Virus record (IMG/VR): IMGVR_UViG_3300046171_000167
Source of the DNA: an uncultured virus (IMG/VR IMGVR_UViG_3300046171_000167)
Taxonomy: Duplodnaviria; Heunggongvirae; Uroviricota; Caudoviricetes; Crassvirales
Strand: one strand, 5' to 3'
Length of the DNA stretch: 64,000 nt
Position numbers and translations under genes: made by a program. Shown here one piece after another: positions 7,276 through 18,532 of this stretch; positions within the stretch are counted from its first letter, which is position 1; each line of letters starts with the position of its first letter. The notes below the pieces were generated by a model. The model had not been told where the DNA came from and ran no database searches. It worked only from the letters and a program-made list of their open reading frames with translations.

Positions 7276-7712
7276 GAATAGAAGCAAGAGATTTACGAGA
7301 ATTAAATTTATTAAAGTATTACAGGCTCATTAGAAAGTGGGCCTGTAAAACTAATAATCTAAAGGACGCAGACCTCGAACTTTTAGTTTATCTGGATTGC
7401 AAAGTTCATTTTACACGTAATCAATTTATAGAAGGGACGTATACTTATAGTTGGGACAAAAACCGATGGGAACGGCTAAGAAGAGAGGGCTGGATCGAAG
7501 TATGGCGTCAACGCAACCGCACTACAATTAAATATACTATTTATAAACTCTCACACAAAGCTAAGCAATTAGTTATGCGTATATATCGCATTATGCTTGG
7601 TGAAGAAGATATTCCTACTTCAGAAAAAAGTATATTTTTCAAAAACAAAACTTATACCGATAAAGTCTACAATAAGGCTATCGATGACATGATTAAAGAT
7701 TCAGAACGATGA
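7272..7712 (+). CDS. Hypothetical protein, possible winged-helix
   Basis: ADLELLVYL...LRREGWIEV...YKLSHKAKQLV pattern is MarR/wHTH-like. Confidence 0.55.
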   Translation: MRIEARDLRELNLLKYYRLIRKWACKTNNLKDADLELLVYLDCKVHFTRNQFIEGTYTYSWDKNRWERLRREGWIEVWRQRNRTTIKYTIYKLSHKAKQLVMRIYRIMLGEEDIPTSEKSIFFKNKTYTDKVYNKAIDDMIKDSER

Positions 7713-7909
7713 AAACACACTTACAACCAATTACAGCAAGAGCTACAGTTAAAGTTAAAAAATCGGGCGACTGCGGATGCGGATCACCTGCAAAACAAAC
7801 AGCTAAACAAAAAGCTAACTTGCCTAAAGAAATTGTTGACGCTATTGCAGCCAAGCAAGGCAAAGCTGCGCCTACTAAAAATTACAAAAAAGGATACTAC
7901 GGTAAATAA
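7709..7909 (+). CDS. Small basic protein (PITA / SPxK motifs)
   Basis: 66-aa ORF coupled to both neighbours. Confidence 0.7.
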   Translation: MKTHLQPITARATVKVKKSGDCGCGSPAKQTAKQKANLPKEIVDAIAAKQGKAAPTKNYKKGYYGK

Positions 7910-8292
7910 TGGCTTTTAAACTACCTAAATCAAAAGGCGATATATTCGGTATAAACGAAGAATTATCAGAGTGGGGTAGACCTGTTTTTGAAAAAAACTT
8001 AGACGAAAATATAGTAGCTGAAGCTAACAATGACGGAACAACATTTGTGGATAAAAGCGCTTCTGCCGCTTTAAAGAAGAAAGCTGTAAATCACGAAAAC
8101 GTACATCACCACCAGATGCAGCAAGGCAAGCTACAGTATGATGATAACAAAGTAACATGGAAACCGGATACAAAAACGGGTTCAAGAGTATATATAAGAG
8201 ATAAAGGTCAACTCATATCAATGACCGATAACACAAAAGACGTAGAAGGTGGCAATTTTCCTTGGGAAGACGAAGCTAGAGCGGCTGAATAA
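7909..8292 (+). CDS. Putative zincin-like metalloprotein
   Basis: HENVH (HExxH) motif and downstream PWEDEA. Confidence 0.6.
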   Translation: MAFKLPKSKGDIFGINEELSEWGRPVFEKNLDENIVAEANNDGTTFVDKSASAALKKKAVNHENVHHHQMQQGKLQYDDNKVTWKPDTKTGSRVYIRDKGQLISMTDNTKDVEGGNFPWEDEARAAE

Positions 8293-8302
8293 ATATATTA
8301 TT

Positions 8303-8491
8303 ATGGCATATAAATGTAAACCAATAACTGCAAAAGCATCAGAAGCTAGCAAGCCCTCACCTAATAAGTATATGGCTAATTTAGTATCTCAAGTAGCGGG
8401 AGCTTATGCTTCAAAAAAATTCGTAGATGCAGCAAAAGGATTTGGGGAAGGATTAGATAGGGTATCAAAACAAATGAAAAATTTTGAATAG
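8303..8491 (+). CDS. Small basic protein
   Basis: ATG at 8303 (MAYKCKPITAK...SPNK). Confidence 0.7.
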   Translation: MAYKCKPITAKASEASKPSPNKYMANLVSQVAGAYASKKFVDAAKGFGEGLDRVSKQMKNFE

Positions 8492-8493
8492 TT

Positions 8494-9330
8494 ATGACAA
8501 AAAGAAAACATATGAAGTCGTATAATCCTACGCCGCTAAAACAAAGAGTTACTTCGAGCGGTAGAGCTGTTGACAAAGAGAACAAAGTTTATGAGTACTC
8601 AACAGAAGGCGTAAAAGGGACTAGCAGCGCTGGTGCGATATTAAATAAAGCAAAGGGGGGTGAACAATTTAAAGGGTCAGATGCCGATTATTTTAAAACA
8701 CTTAGCGGCAGAGGGGCAACTGGTCAGGAATTAGCTGATAAAGGTTATATACACCCAAGCAAAATAGGGGATTATGATAAACTATACCCTACAGGCGGTG
8801 GAACACCAGGTGAATTCGATTTAAAAAAGAAACCCGTTATGAAAACAGTGCCTGGAGGTACAGTAGATACCTCAACTGCTTATGGTGTAAGACAAATAGG
8901 TAGAGGGCAGAAAAAAGCAGCAAAGGATGTTCGCAGGGCTGATATTAAAATGGCTAAGCTAAAGGCAAAAGGTTTTGATCCTGAATCAGGAACATTTGAT
9001 GAAAGTAAAGTTTTAAAAGGCAAGGCTAAAAGGCAAGCAATAAAAAAAGCTAGAATAGCAGCCAAAGGAAAAGAGGTCGCTTTCGAAAGCAAAGCAATGG
9101 GTAATACTGCTAAAAGAATTGGTGATATGGCGTCTTCCGGTGTTGATCCTACACTCACGGCCAGATATGAATTTGGAAGAGGTATGCAATCAGGTGGCAC
9201 AACCCAAGTTACAGATATTACTGGCAGTTTGCCAACACTTTCAAGCATAGAGCAAGAGGGTAAAAAGAAATTTGGAGTACCTATGTTAAAGAAACCCGGT
9301 GCATTTAAAATGAAAGGTTACAAAAAATAA
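8494..9330 (+). CDS. Basic G/K-rich protein, probably virion-internal
   Basis: 278-aa ORF, K/G-rich, ends AFKMKGYKK. Confidence 0.7.
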   Translation: MTKRKHMKSYNPTPLKQRVTSSGRAVDKENKVYEYSTEGVKGTSSAGAILNKAKGGEQFKGSDADYFKTLSGRGATGQELADKGYIHPSKIGDYDKLYPTGGGTPGEFDLKKKPVMKTVPGGTVDTSTAYGVRQIGRGQKKAAKDVRRADIKMAKLKAKGFDPESGTFDESKVLKGKAKRQAIKKARIAAKGKEVAFESKAMGNTAKRIGDMASSGVDPTLTARYEFGRGMQSGGTTQVTDITGSLPTLSSIEQEGKKKFGVPMLKKPGAFKMKGYKK

Positions 9331-9334
9331 TACT

Positions 9335-9619
9335 ATGGCATATATACAAAACTCACCATTTGCAAAACTTCGTAAAACAACGAAAGGAAAAGGGAGGCAT
9401 TTTTTGACAGCGGAAGAAGGGGCTGGTATGACTGCAGCTGGAAGAAAAGCTTACAATAAAAAAACAGGTGGTAATTTAAAAGCTCCTCAACCAGGCGGAG
9501 GTAAAAGACGTACATCATATTGCGCTAGGTCTAAAGGCCAAATGGAAATGCATAATATAAATTGTAGTAAAACACCTAAGAAAAGAATCTGCGCAGCAAG
9601 GCGTAGATGGAAATGCTAA
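9335..9619 (+). CDS. Small basic conserved phage protein (SYCARS...RRWKC type)
   Basis: GMTAAGRKAYN...RRTSYCARS...ARRRWKC. Confidence 0.75.
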   Translation: MAYIQNSPFAKLRKTTKGKGRHFLTAEEGAGMTAAGRKAYNKKTGGNLKAPQPGGGKRRTSYCARSKGQMEMHNINCSKTPKKRICAARRRWKC

Positions 9620-9622
9620 GCT

Positions 9623-10087
9623 ATGTCTAATAAAAAAAAATTTAAAGACACTACTGTTGGTAAACTATTATTTGGGGCTGCATCTATAATAAATCCTCAG
9701 CTAGGAGCTGTGCTAAACGGTGTAACATCACCAAAAGATGCAATAGCGGAAATAACAAAAGCTAAAATACCAGTTGCTGACAAAATAAAATTACAGCAAT
9801 TAATATTTGAACAGCAGAATAAAGAAATGGAGGCTGTAACTAATCGTTGGAAAGCGGACCAAAATTCTGATTCATGGCTTTCGAAAAATGTACGCCCATT
9901 AGTTTTAATATGGTGTATTGTAGTTTTTTCGTTAGCTGGTATATTTGATAGTATAGAACAAATACCTTTTCAAATAAATGCTTTATGGAATGATACATTT
10001 GAAAAAATAATGCTTTCTGTTGTTTTAGCCTATTTTGGAGGACGAACAACTGAAAAAGCAACAAACCTGTTTAAAAAGAATGGCTAG
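9623..10087 (+). CDS. Holin (GTA 3TM-like)
   Basis: RWKAD..SDSWLSKNVRP, hydrophobic helices, YFGGRT.EK. Confidence 0.75.
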   Translation: MSNKKKFKDTTVGKLLFGAASIINPQLGAVLNGVTSPKDAIAEITKAKIPVADKIKLQQLIFEQQNKEMEAVTNRWKADQNSDSWLSKNVRPLVLIWCIVVFSLAGIFDSIEQIPFQINALWNDTFEKIMLSVVLAYFGGRTTEKATNLFKKNG

Positions 10088-10808
10088 AATAAGCACATAT
10101 GCTAATGACGTTACACTCAGTAAAACTGATAAAGTAATAGGTACTGACTCGTCTGGTAACACAACCAGAAATTTTACTTTAAATAGTATAGCTGAAATAT
10201 TTAGTCAGCTTGGCTTAGTTGCTATTGCAGGACAAAGTAGTTTTAAATTTCAGTCTAATATAAACGACGGAAGATTAGCGGGTACTATTAGCTTAGATGC
10301 TGGAGGCGGTAATAATACTGCTTTATCCGGCATATCTTCTTTTAAAATAAGCAAATATAACGCTTCAAGTAATATTATAATAAATTATCTTGAAACATTG
10401 GTAGGACAATTTGTTTTTATGGGGCAAGTTGATGATATAAATAATTTTGGTATATATAAATTATCAGCGTTGACTCAAGACGATACTGAAACTGATTTCT
10501 ACAATGCAACTCTTAGCCATATAGAATCTAACGGAAATATACTAGAGGATGAATTTTACGCATTTGCAGTATACCCTGGTTTTGTAAATAGAGAAATTGA
10601 AACAGACTTAACTGATAACCACTATGTACATAACCAGAACAATGCAGCAACCACTTGGACTGTAAATCATAACCTAGGCAAATATCCTTCGGTATCGATA
10701 ACTTTATCTACAGGAGCACAAGGGATAGGAGCTGTGCAATACAACAATATTAATTCCTTAACAATAACACTAGCAGCCGCTGAAAGTGGTTATGCATACT
10801 TAAACTAA
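10080..10808 (+). CDS. Structural (tail/collar) protein
   Basis: ATG at 10080 (MARISTY); C-terminal WTVNHNLGKYPSV module. Confidence 0.7.
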   Translation: MARISTYANDVTLSKTDKVIGTDSSGNTTRNFTLNSIAEIFSQLGLVAIAGQSSFKFQSNINDGRLAGTISLDAGGGNNTALSGISSFKISKYNASSNIIINYLETLVGQFVFMGQVDDINNFGIYKLSALTQDDTETDFYNATLSHIESNGNILEDEFYAFAVYPGFVNREIETDLTDNHYVHNQNNAATTWTVNHNLGKYPSVSITLSTGAQGIGAVQYNNINSLTITLAAAESGYAYLN

Positions 10809-10813
10809 AAAAA

Positions 10814-12136
10814 ATGGCAATACCCTTTTTAAATCACTTAGACTTAAGAAGTACAGCGGAACTTAGAAACGCACTACTTCATAAAACAACATCCGCAAGC
10901 GCTACGGACGCGGAAGGAGCTATAATATACGACACAGGAGATAACACAGCTAAACTATATAATGGTAGTGCTTGGGTAAATCTAGGCGGTGATATTACCG
11001 CTGTTAATACAAACTCCGGGTCTGGTCTTTCTGGTGGAACCACATCTGGCGCAGCTACGCTACAGGTCGTAGTCGACGACACTACAGTAGAAATAAGCAC
11101 CAATACAATACAAGCTAAAACTGCAGCTATTGCAGATGGTGGAACCGGGCTGGCAACCGCTGATCAAATACATACTTTTGTTACAACTTATGCTGATCCT
11201 GCTGGAACAGACAACTCAACAGATGTTACTTTAGAGACAACATCCCATAATTATTTATCTATAAGTGGTCAAGAAATAACTCTTGGGGCTATAGAGCTAG
11301 GGTCAACTGGTCAAGACATAACAGGTACATTACCTATAGATCACGGTGGTACTGGTCAAACAACTGCTGCTGACGCTGCTAATGCTTTACTTAACGTATC
11401 ACAAGGTGGTGCACTTGCTATTGGTGATAGTAGCGATACTATTACTATTGCAGGTAATTTAGTTGTAACGGGTGATACCACGTACAAGAATGAAACAATA
11501 CAAATTGTAACAGATAATACAATAGCGTTTGAAGGTGCTACGGCTGATGCTCATGAAATACTTCTAACAGCCGCTGACGCTACAGATAGTGATAAAACGA
11601 TTACTCTACCAAATGCTACAGGTACTGTTGCTCTTACAGATGATATTAGTGACAGCACAATAACTATTACAGCAGGAGCTGGTTTAGTCACTGGAGGTAC
11701 ATTCACTTTAAATGGTGGTGCTACTGAAATAACTATAGATCACGAAGATACTTCTTCGCAAGCATCAGTAGATGGAAGCGGTAGAACCTATATACAAGAT
11801 ATAACATTAGATACTTACGGACACGTTACTGGAATTGGAACAGCAACTGAAACTGTTGTGAATACAGATAACCAATTAGGAACAGCGGCATCTTTAATAG
11901 ATGTTAGTAATATGGGCAGCAATACTGTAGCTGCTATAAATCATGCATTAGATTCTAAAAATATTATAGTACAAATGTATGACACTGTAACTGGTAATAT
12001 TGTATTTGCTGATGTAGATCATACGGATGATAATAATGTATCAATTACATTCGCAGTAACCCCTACGAACGATATTAGAGTTGTGTTTATAGACGCTAAA
12101 GATGGTCTTTCTGATATAACTCCTACTTACTCATAA
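10814..12136 (+). CDS. Tail fibre/structural protein
   Basis: T/G/A/D-rich; LPIDHGGTG and ITLPNATGTVAL fibre motifs. Confidence 0.75.
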   Translation: MAIPFLNHLDLRSTAELRNALLHKTTSASATDAEGAIIYDTGDNTAKLYNGSAWVNLGGDITAVNTNSGSGLSGGTTSGAATLQVVVDDTTVEISTNTIQAKTAAIADGGTGLATADQIHTFVTTYADPAGTDNSTDVTLETTSHNYLSISGQEITLGAIELGSTGQDITGTLPIDHGGTGQTTAADAANALLNVSQGGALAIGDSSDTITIAGNLVVTGDTTYKNETIQIVTDNTIAFEGATADAHEILLTAADATDSDKTITLPNATGTVALTDDISDSTITITAGAGLVTGGTFTLNGGATEITIDHEDTSSQASVDGSGRTYIQDITLDTYGHVTGIGTATETVVNTDNQLGTAASLIDVSNMGSNTVAAINHALDSKNIIVQMYDTVTGNIVFADVDHTDDNNVSITFAVTPTNDIRVVFIDAKDGLSDITPTYS

Positions 12137-12145
12137 CAAATGTAT

Positions 12146-12184
12146 AGCATAAGTTTCGCTTAAATGTGAGGCTTATGCTTTATT
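12146..12184 (+). terminator. Intrinsic terminator hairpin
   Basis: AGCATAAGTTTCGC-ttaaat-GTGAGGCTTATGCT followed by T-rich tract. Confidence 0.65.
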
Positions 12185-12197
12185 AATTCAATAACAT

Positions 12198-15100
12198 ATG
12201 GCTCAAAAGTTTTTAAACGGCATAGCTGTTACAGGTACGGGTAGTTTCACTGACCAAGTGACTATACCAGAAACACCTACCGCAGACGCTCATGCTGCCT
12301 CAAAAAAATATGTAGATGACCAAGTTCCTACTGGAGTAGATGTTGCAAAAAGAATAGAAATATCCGTTAAGAATATATCTGGAGGAGAACTGATAAAAGG
12401 GACTGTAGTTCACGCAGCCCCTAGCGCAAGTCCTCCTTCTGGGAATGTTGTTGAGGTTATAGCCGCTGATTATGATGCGGAAGCAAACATGCCAGCTATA
12501 GGTATATTAAATGAAACTTTAGCTGATGACAGTGAAGGTGTAGCTGTAATGATGGGCGCAGTGTCTGGGATTGACACAGACGACTTCACTGCTGGAGATG
12601 AACTATATGTTGGCGCAGATGGTGCTTTAACGAATACTAAACCACAAACAGCAGGACAGCTCATACAAAAAATAGCGGTATGCGTTAAATCTCATGCAAG
12701 TAACGGACTTATTAAAGTCTTTGGTGCAGGTAGATCTAATGATGTTCCGCTTCCTTTATATATAGACAATACAAACCAACGAGTAGGTATTGGAACACCT
12801 ACCCCTGGTTCAGTACTAGATGTCCAGGGAACTCAAGGGCAATTATTTTCTGTAACTGATGACTTGTCAGGAGAAATATTTGCCGTAGCTGACATTTCAG
12901 GTATGCCTATTATGACCGTTAACTCAAGCGGTTTAATTACTATAGACGGTGATTTAAACTTAGGGGATAGCAACAAAATACAACTTGGGGCTTCTCAAGA
13001 TCTTCAAATATACCATGACGGAAGTAATAGTTATATTTCTGAAGTAGGAGCAGGAGATTTAATTATAAGCGCAGATAACGACTTAACATTTAAAGACGGT
13101 AGCGGAAACATTATGGCCAACATGAATGCTTCCAATAGTGTTGAGTTAATGTACGGTAACGTTAAAAAGTTTGAAACCGCAGACGCAGGTGTTATTGTAA
13201 CAGGTAATATATCTGCAATAACTACAAGCGGCCATGCTTTTATGTTGGGTAACAGTAATAACACTACTACAGCTGATACTTCTGGATTCCGTTTACACCA
13301 ATCAAGTTATGCTGACGGTAGGTATACACATAGATTTAGAAAGTATGACGAAGGCGGCGGTGTCCCTTTATACATAGATGGTTCAGGAGGTACTGCAAAT
13401 GTGTTTACAGCATTAGCAAGGTTTGGTACTTATACAAATGAAGATAAAGCCTTTGAAGTATTTGGAAAAGCTAAAGCAACTCATTTTTATGGTGATGGTA
13501 GTGGATTAACTAATGTTCCAGTGGGTACTCATAATCATGATGGAGATTATATACAAGATGGTGGAACAACTGCTATTACTAATATAAACACAATTGGCAC
13601 AGAGTCTATAAAACACAGATGGAATAACCAAACTGTAGGTAGACCCGCTGAACCTCAAGAAAATGAGTACGGAACTATAACTACACTTACTTATGATTCT
13701 AGTTATGCAACACAACTTGCTTGGGATATACATGCAGGAAACTTATATGGAAGAACTTTAAGCCTTGGGGACGATACAGGAACTTGGGTAAAATTTGCAA
13801 AAGACGGAGACTATGTTCCAATTTCTGGAGGGACCTTTGCAGGAGGAGTTGTAAATATAAATACTGGCACAAATACTAATACTTTAAACGTTTCTAGATC
13901 TGGTAGTAATGTTACTCAAGTGATGAAAATTGGCGTTACTGATACTGTCGCTACATTTGATTATATTGAAGATACAAGCGCTGAAGGTAATGGTAATTTT
14001 GGTCAATATCAGTTTAAACTAGGAGGTAACGATGGAGAAAGCCCTGTTACAGGGTTAAGTATCACAAAAACAGGTATAAGTGCGCCAAACCTATCAGGAA
14101 CAAATACAGGAGATCAAGTATTACCTACAGATTTTGTATCAGCAGCTAAGCGGCGGAACGTTTCGGAGGAAACTTAATAATAAAACACGCAACATCACCT
14201 ACTTTAACTTTAACAGATGATTCTCCTGATCCAGATAATGTAGGAAAAATACAGGTGGCAAATACCTACATGGATTTATCGCTTGACAATACAGACGTAA
14301 CCGAATCTTCTAGAATGAGGTTTAGAATTGATGGATCAAGTATAGTGGAGATTCTTTCTAATACAACTTATTTTAGACAAACAAATCTTCATCTTCAAAA
14401 CACTTTAACTAGTAATATAAATTTCAGAAAAGATGCTGCAATCACAGCAGGAGACGATATTGGTAAATTAAATTTTACTTCCACAAATGATGAAGGCACT
14501 AGTTATACAACCGGCGGTAACATTATTTACGAGGGAGATGGAACATGGGATTTATCTAGCATAAACAATGCTCCAACCAGAATGAAGATTCAATTAAGAA
14601 ATTCTAGTGGTACTCTAGCAAACGCTATGATGCTTTCTAGTAATCTTAATGCTAATTTTTATGGAGATTTAACAGTTGCAGGTAACTTAACTGTCAGTGG
14701 TACTACTACGACATTAAACACTGAAACAATAGAAGTTGAAGATAATATAATAGTATTAAATAAGACTGCTTCAGATAGTTCAGCAACTGCTGCTACATCT
14801 GGGATATCTATCTATAGAGGATTAGATGCTAATAATAACGCGGTTACACAAGCAAGTTTAATATTTGATGATGGTGATGACACTTGGGATTTAACTAATA
14901 ATTTAACTGTTGCAGGGGATGTAATTAGTGCTTCTTTTGCTGTGCCTAGTGGAGCGTCTACAGGATTTTTAAAAGCAGATGGATCTGTAGATTCTACAAC
15001 ATATTCTGGGTATACTTTTGGCGCAACTGACTTAACTTTCTCAGGAGCAGATCCTGGAGATATAGTTTGGAGAAACGGAGATGGTGATGAAGTACATAGA

Positions 15101-15843
15101 ATATGGAGTGGTACTAATGATTATTTAACATATAGAAATGACGCGGGTACTGCGTATGGCATTATTCATGAAGGCTTTAGTGGTTATAATAATTCAAATT
15201 GGGATACAGCATATACTTATAGTCAAGTAGGACATTTGGAACTTGCTGGTGGAACAATGACAGGAGATTTACATATTGAAAATGGTGGTCCAAAGATATA
15301 TTTAAAAGACACTACAGATGATGATGATCAAGCAATATATTTCAAAATAATGGAGGTACTGTTGAATATGTAATATCAACACAGGATTTTACTCAAGATG
15401 GTCTTCTTGATGGTATGTTTATTGGTTCTATTAGTAGTGATGAAGTAGGTTTAGTAACTAATAACACCACTGCGTTATATATAGATACTTCTCAAAATTC
15501 TAAGTTTTTTGGTAATATTAAAGTAAATGAAGAAGGCTTAATAGACTTTGCTAAAAATACAGACGTGGATGGAGCTGAAGTAGTTGGTCAGGTAGCTACT
15601 GCCACTTATACTGCTGCATTTTTTGATTATGTAATTAAAAAAGGAGCTAATGTTAGAGCTGGGATTGTTTATGCTTGCCACGACGGATCTAATAATGTAG
15701 AGTTTAGTGAAACTTCTACAACAGACTTAGGAGATACATCCGACGTTGCCTTGTCTGTAGATATATCTTCAGGAAATATGAGGCTAATTGCAGATAGTGC
15801 TACTAATGACTGGAGTGTTAAATCTTTAATAAGAGCGATATAA
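12198..15843 (+). CDS. Long tail fibre (~1,200 aa), split by apparent frameshifts near 14150 and 15345
   Basis: ORFs 12198-14177, 14255-15373 and 15415-15843 read continuously across frame changes; HAASKKYVD, RVGIGT and GGTMTG fibre motifs. Confidence 0.75.
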
Positions 15844-16965
15844 TGGGAATATACAGAGGACCGAACATAGTAAATAAGAACTTAGTATTCGGTATGGATA
15901 ATGGTTATGGTGTAGCTGATAATGACACTTCTACAAGACACGCTCAAGGGAAGCCTACTACTAATATGGCTTCTATTGATTTAGCTGATTGGGGTGTAGA
16001 ATCTGGGGCAGCAAGAAATGCTACTGGAAATTACTATAAAGGTCAACCTACATATAACTGTAGAGCGGCGGTTGGTTCTAGTTGGTTAGCTATATATGAA
16101 ACAATTTCTGGTCTTAGAACTGCAGCTGGATCTAGTGGTACAGTTACTATGAGTCTTTGGGTTAGAAATAATTTTGATGCACAATTTGGGTGTTACGCTT
16201 ATATGGGACACGACTTTAGTAGCACAAGAACAATAGCAGCACATGCGGATTGGCAACGTATACAATGGACTGTAAATCAGTCTAGCATGAGTAGCGATTA
16301 CGTGGAGTTTAGACCTTATACAAATAATGCTGATATTTATTTAGAGTGCACAATGCCTCAAGTAGAGGTTAATGTAGGTACTGCAACTCCTTGGGTAGAT
16401 GGCGAACGTTCTAACACTGAGAGTATAATAGATTTAAAAAACTCTGTTGATTTAAGCGCAGCTAATGTTTCTTTCAACTCAGATGGTTTAGTAACTTTTG
16501 ACGGTACAGACGACTATATAAATGTCGACAAAGACTTTGGTGATTTTAATGAATATACTATTGAATACGTAGTAAACACTACTACTAATGGTAAAATGCC
16601 TATAGCAGGGTAGAACAAATACCAATTTTTATAAATATGGAACATACAGTTGGAGATACAAACACGGTGGAACATTAGGAGAGTATTATCATACAACAGG
16701 GACTGTAGCAGGTTGGTCTCACTGGGTAATAACATATGACGGAGATCTTATAAAAGTTTTTCAAAACAACTCTAGCTTAGGAACAAATGGATCAAGTAGT
16801 GGAGGTGCTGATTTTAGCGACGGATTTAAAATAGGCTCATGGGCATCTGCCTCGAGTTATTCTTTTAATGGTGATATACCTATAATGAGAGTTTACGATA
16901 GAGCTTTAACCTCTGCTGAAATAGAACAAAATTTTAAAATTTACAAAAAACGCTTTAATATATAA
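15843..16965 (+). CDS. LamG/ConA-like tail-associated protein 1 (frameshift near 16610)
   Basis: FDGTDDY; continues in a new frame to YDRALTSAEIEQNF..KRFNI. Confidence 0.75.
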
Positions 16966-16968
16966 ATT

Positions 16969-17310
16969 ATGGAATTTAAAAACAGACGATGGTTAGTAAT
17001 CCCTACAACTATAATAGACGATATAGACTTTAATGAAATACGTGAACCAAACGTAGAATCACTAAGACGTTCTTTAAACGGGGAAAAGACTTTTATAAAA
17101 TATGATGTTAAAGTAGTACAGGAAACTTTTACAGAAACTTTTATAGACGAGATCACTGGAGAGGAAATTTCTGTTACAACAGAAGCAGGTGTTTATGGAA
17201 GACCTACTATATATAGTGAAGACTATAATGAATACACTCATTCTGAAATATTAGAATTATTATCAACTGAAGAGTGGCATACTAATGAATTAGAAGAAGA
17301 ACAAGAATAA
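16969..17310 (+). CDS. Acidic hypothetical protein (tail module)
   Basis: 113-aa ORF between LamG genes. Confidence 0.75.
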   Translation: MEFKNRRWLVIPTTIIDDIDFNEIREPNVESLRRSLNGEKTFIKYDVKVVQETFTETFIDEITGEEISVTTEAGVYGRPTIYSEDYNEYTHSEILELLSTEEWHTNELEEEQE

Positions 17311-17311
17311 C

Positions 17312-18532
17312 ATGGCAACAGATATAGGAGCAAATATTGTAGAAGATGATTTAATTTTTGGGTTTGACTCAGGCTATGGGGTTGCGGACAATTCAACTGC
17401 TACTCGTTTTTATCCTGGTGAACCTACAGTAAATTACGTTTCAGACTCACCTTCCCAAGGTGGATGGTCTGGTGGTATTGATGTGCTTGATTCTGGCCAA
17501 AAGAAATTTAAATGCCATATATCTAATTTTAGTGCAAACCCTGGGGCAGGATGGAGATCTTTTACTTGGAATATGAATGATCACAGCGGTTCTGATGTTA
17601 CTATATCATTAGACTTTGAAACCGTAGGGCCTAATGGAACTATGGCTTGGATAATGGTAGGTCAAACAAATACACATACAAGCAACAATAGTGGCGCGGG
17701 TCAATACATGGGATATTCTGCAACTAGTGAAAGAACACAAAAATCAACTACATCTAAAGAAAGAGTTACATGGACTGGGACTATTGGAAGTACTGGTACA
17801 GCAAGCCAACCTTCAGGTCATATAGGTTTTACAATTTGGATAAACAACGGAGTACCTGGTAATCAAGATGCATATGTAATAGTATCTAATGTACAAATAG
17901 AAAAGAAAGATCACGCTACACCTTTTGTAAACGGTACAAGATCAAGCACAGCTGGTTTAATAGACTTAAAGAGAACAAACGATATAAATATAGCAAACGT
18001 AAGTTTTACTTCTACAGGGCAGCCTACCTTTGATGGTACGAATGATTATATCTATATAGATGAAGATATTTTGAATGTATCAAGTTTTACAGTTGAAGCT
18101 ATAGTTAACATTACAAGTACTGGTAATAATAATAAACCTATATTTACTTGCGGAAATTTATCTTCGACAGGCATATGGTTCTTTAAACATAGGTCAGGGT
18201 TAGGAAATCGGCTTGTTATGCACGGTTATGATGGAGTTAATCCAAGAGTTGATGTAACATCTACTAACGTAGTCCCAGATGCTGAAAATACATATGTAGC
18301 GGTTACATTCAATGGAACTTCTTATCAGTTATATATAAATGGTGTAGCAGATGGTAATGCTGTAAATGATAACGCTGTAGCTGCATCTAATGACAACTAT
18401 ATAGGTAGACAAAGTAGTAGTAGTGCTTATCTCTTAGGAGATATACCTGTTCTAAAAATATATAGCGTAGCATTGTCAGCAGACGAAATAAAACAAAACT
18501 ATAACGCGTATAAAAAAAGATTTGATTTATAA
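17312..18532 (+). CDS. LamG/ConA-like tail-associated protein 2
   Basis: FDGTNDY, YVAVTFNG...LYING, IYSVALSADEIKQNY. Confidence 0.8.
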   Translation: MATDIGANIVEDDLIFGFDSGYGVADNSTATRFYPGEPTVNYVSDSPSQGGWSGGIDVLDSGQKKFKCHISNFSANPGAGWRSFTWNMNDHSGSDVTISLDFETVGPNGTMAWIMVGQTNTHTSNNSGAGQYMGYSATSERTQKSTTSKERVTWTGTIGSTGTASQPSGHIGFTIWINNGVPGNQDAYVIVSNVQIEKKDHATPFVNGTRSSTAGLIDLKRTNDINIANVSFTSTGQPTFDGTNDYIYIDEDILNVSSFTVEAIVNITSTGNNNKPIFTCGNLSSTGIWFFKHRSGLGNRLVMHGYDGVNPRVDVTSTNVVPDAENTYVAVTFNGTSYQLYINGVADGNAVNDNAVAASNDNYIGRQSSSSAYLLGDIPVLKIYSVALSADEIKQNYNAYKKRFDL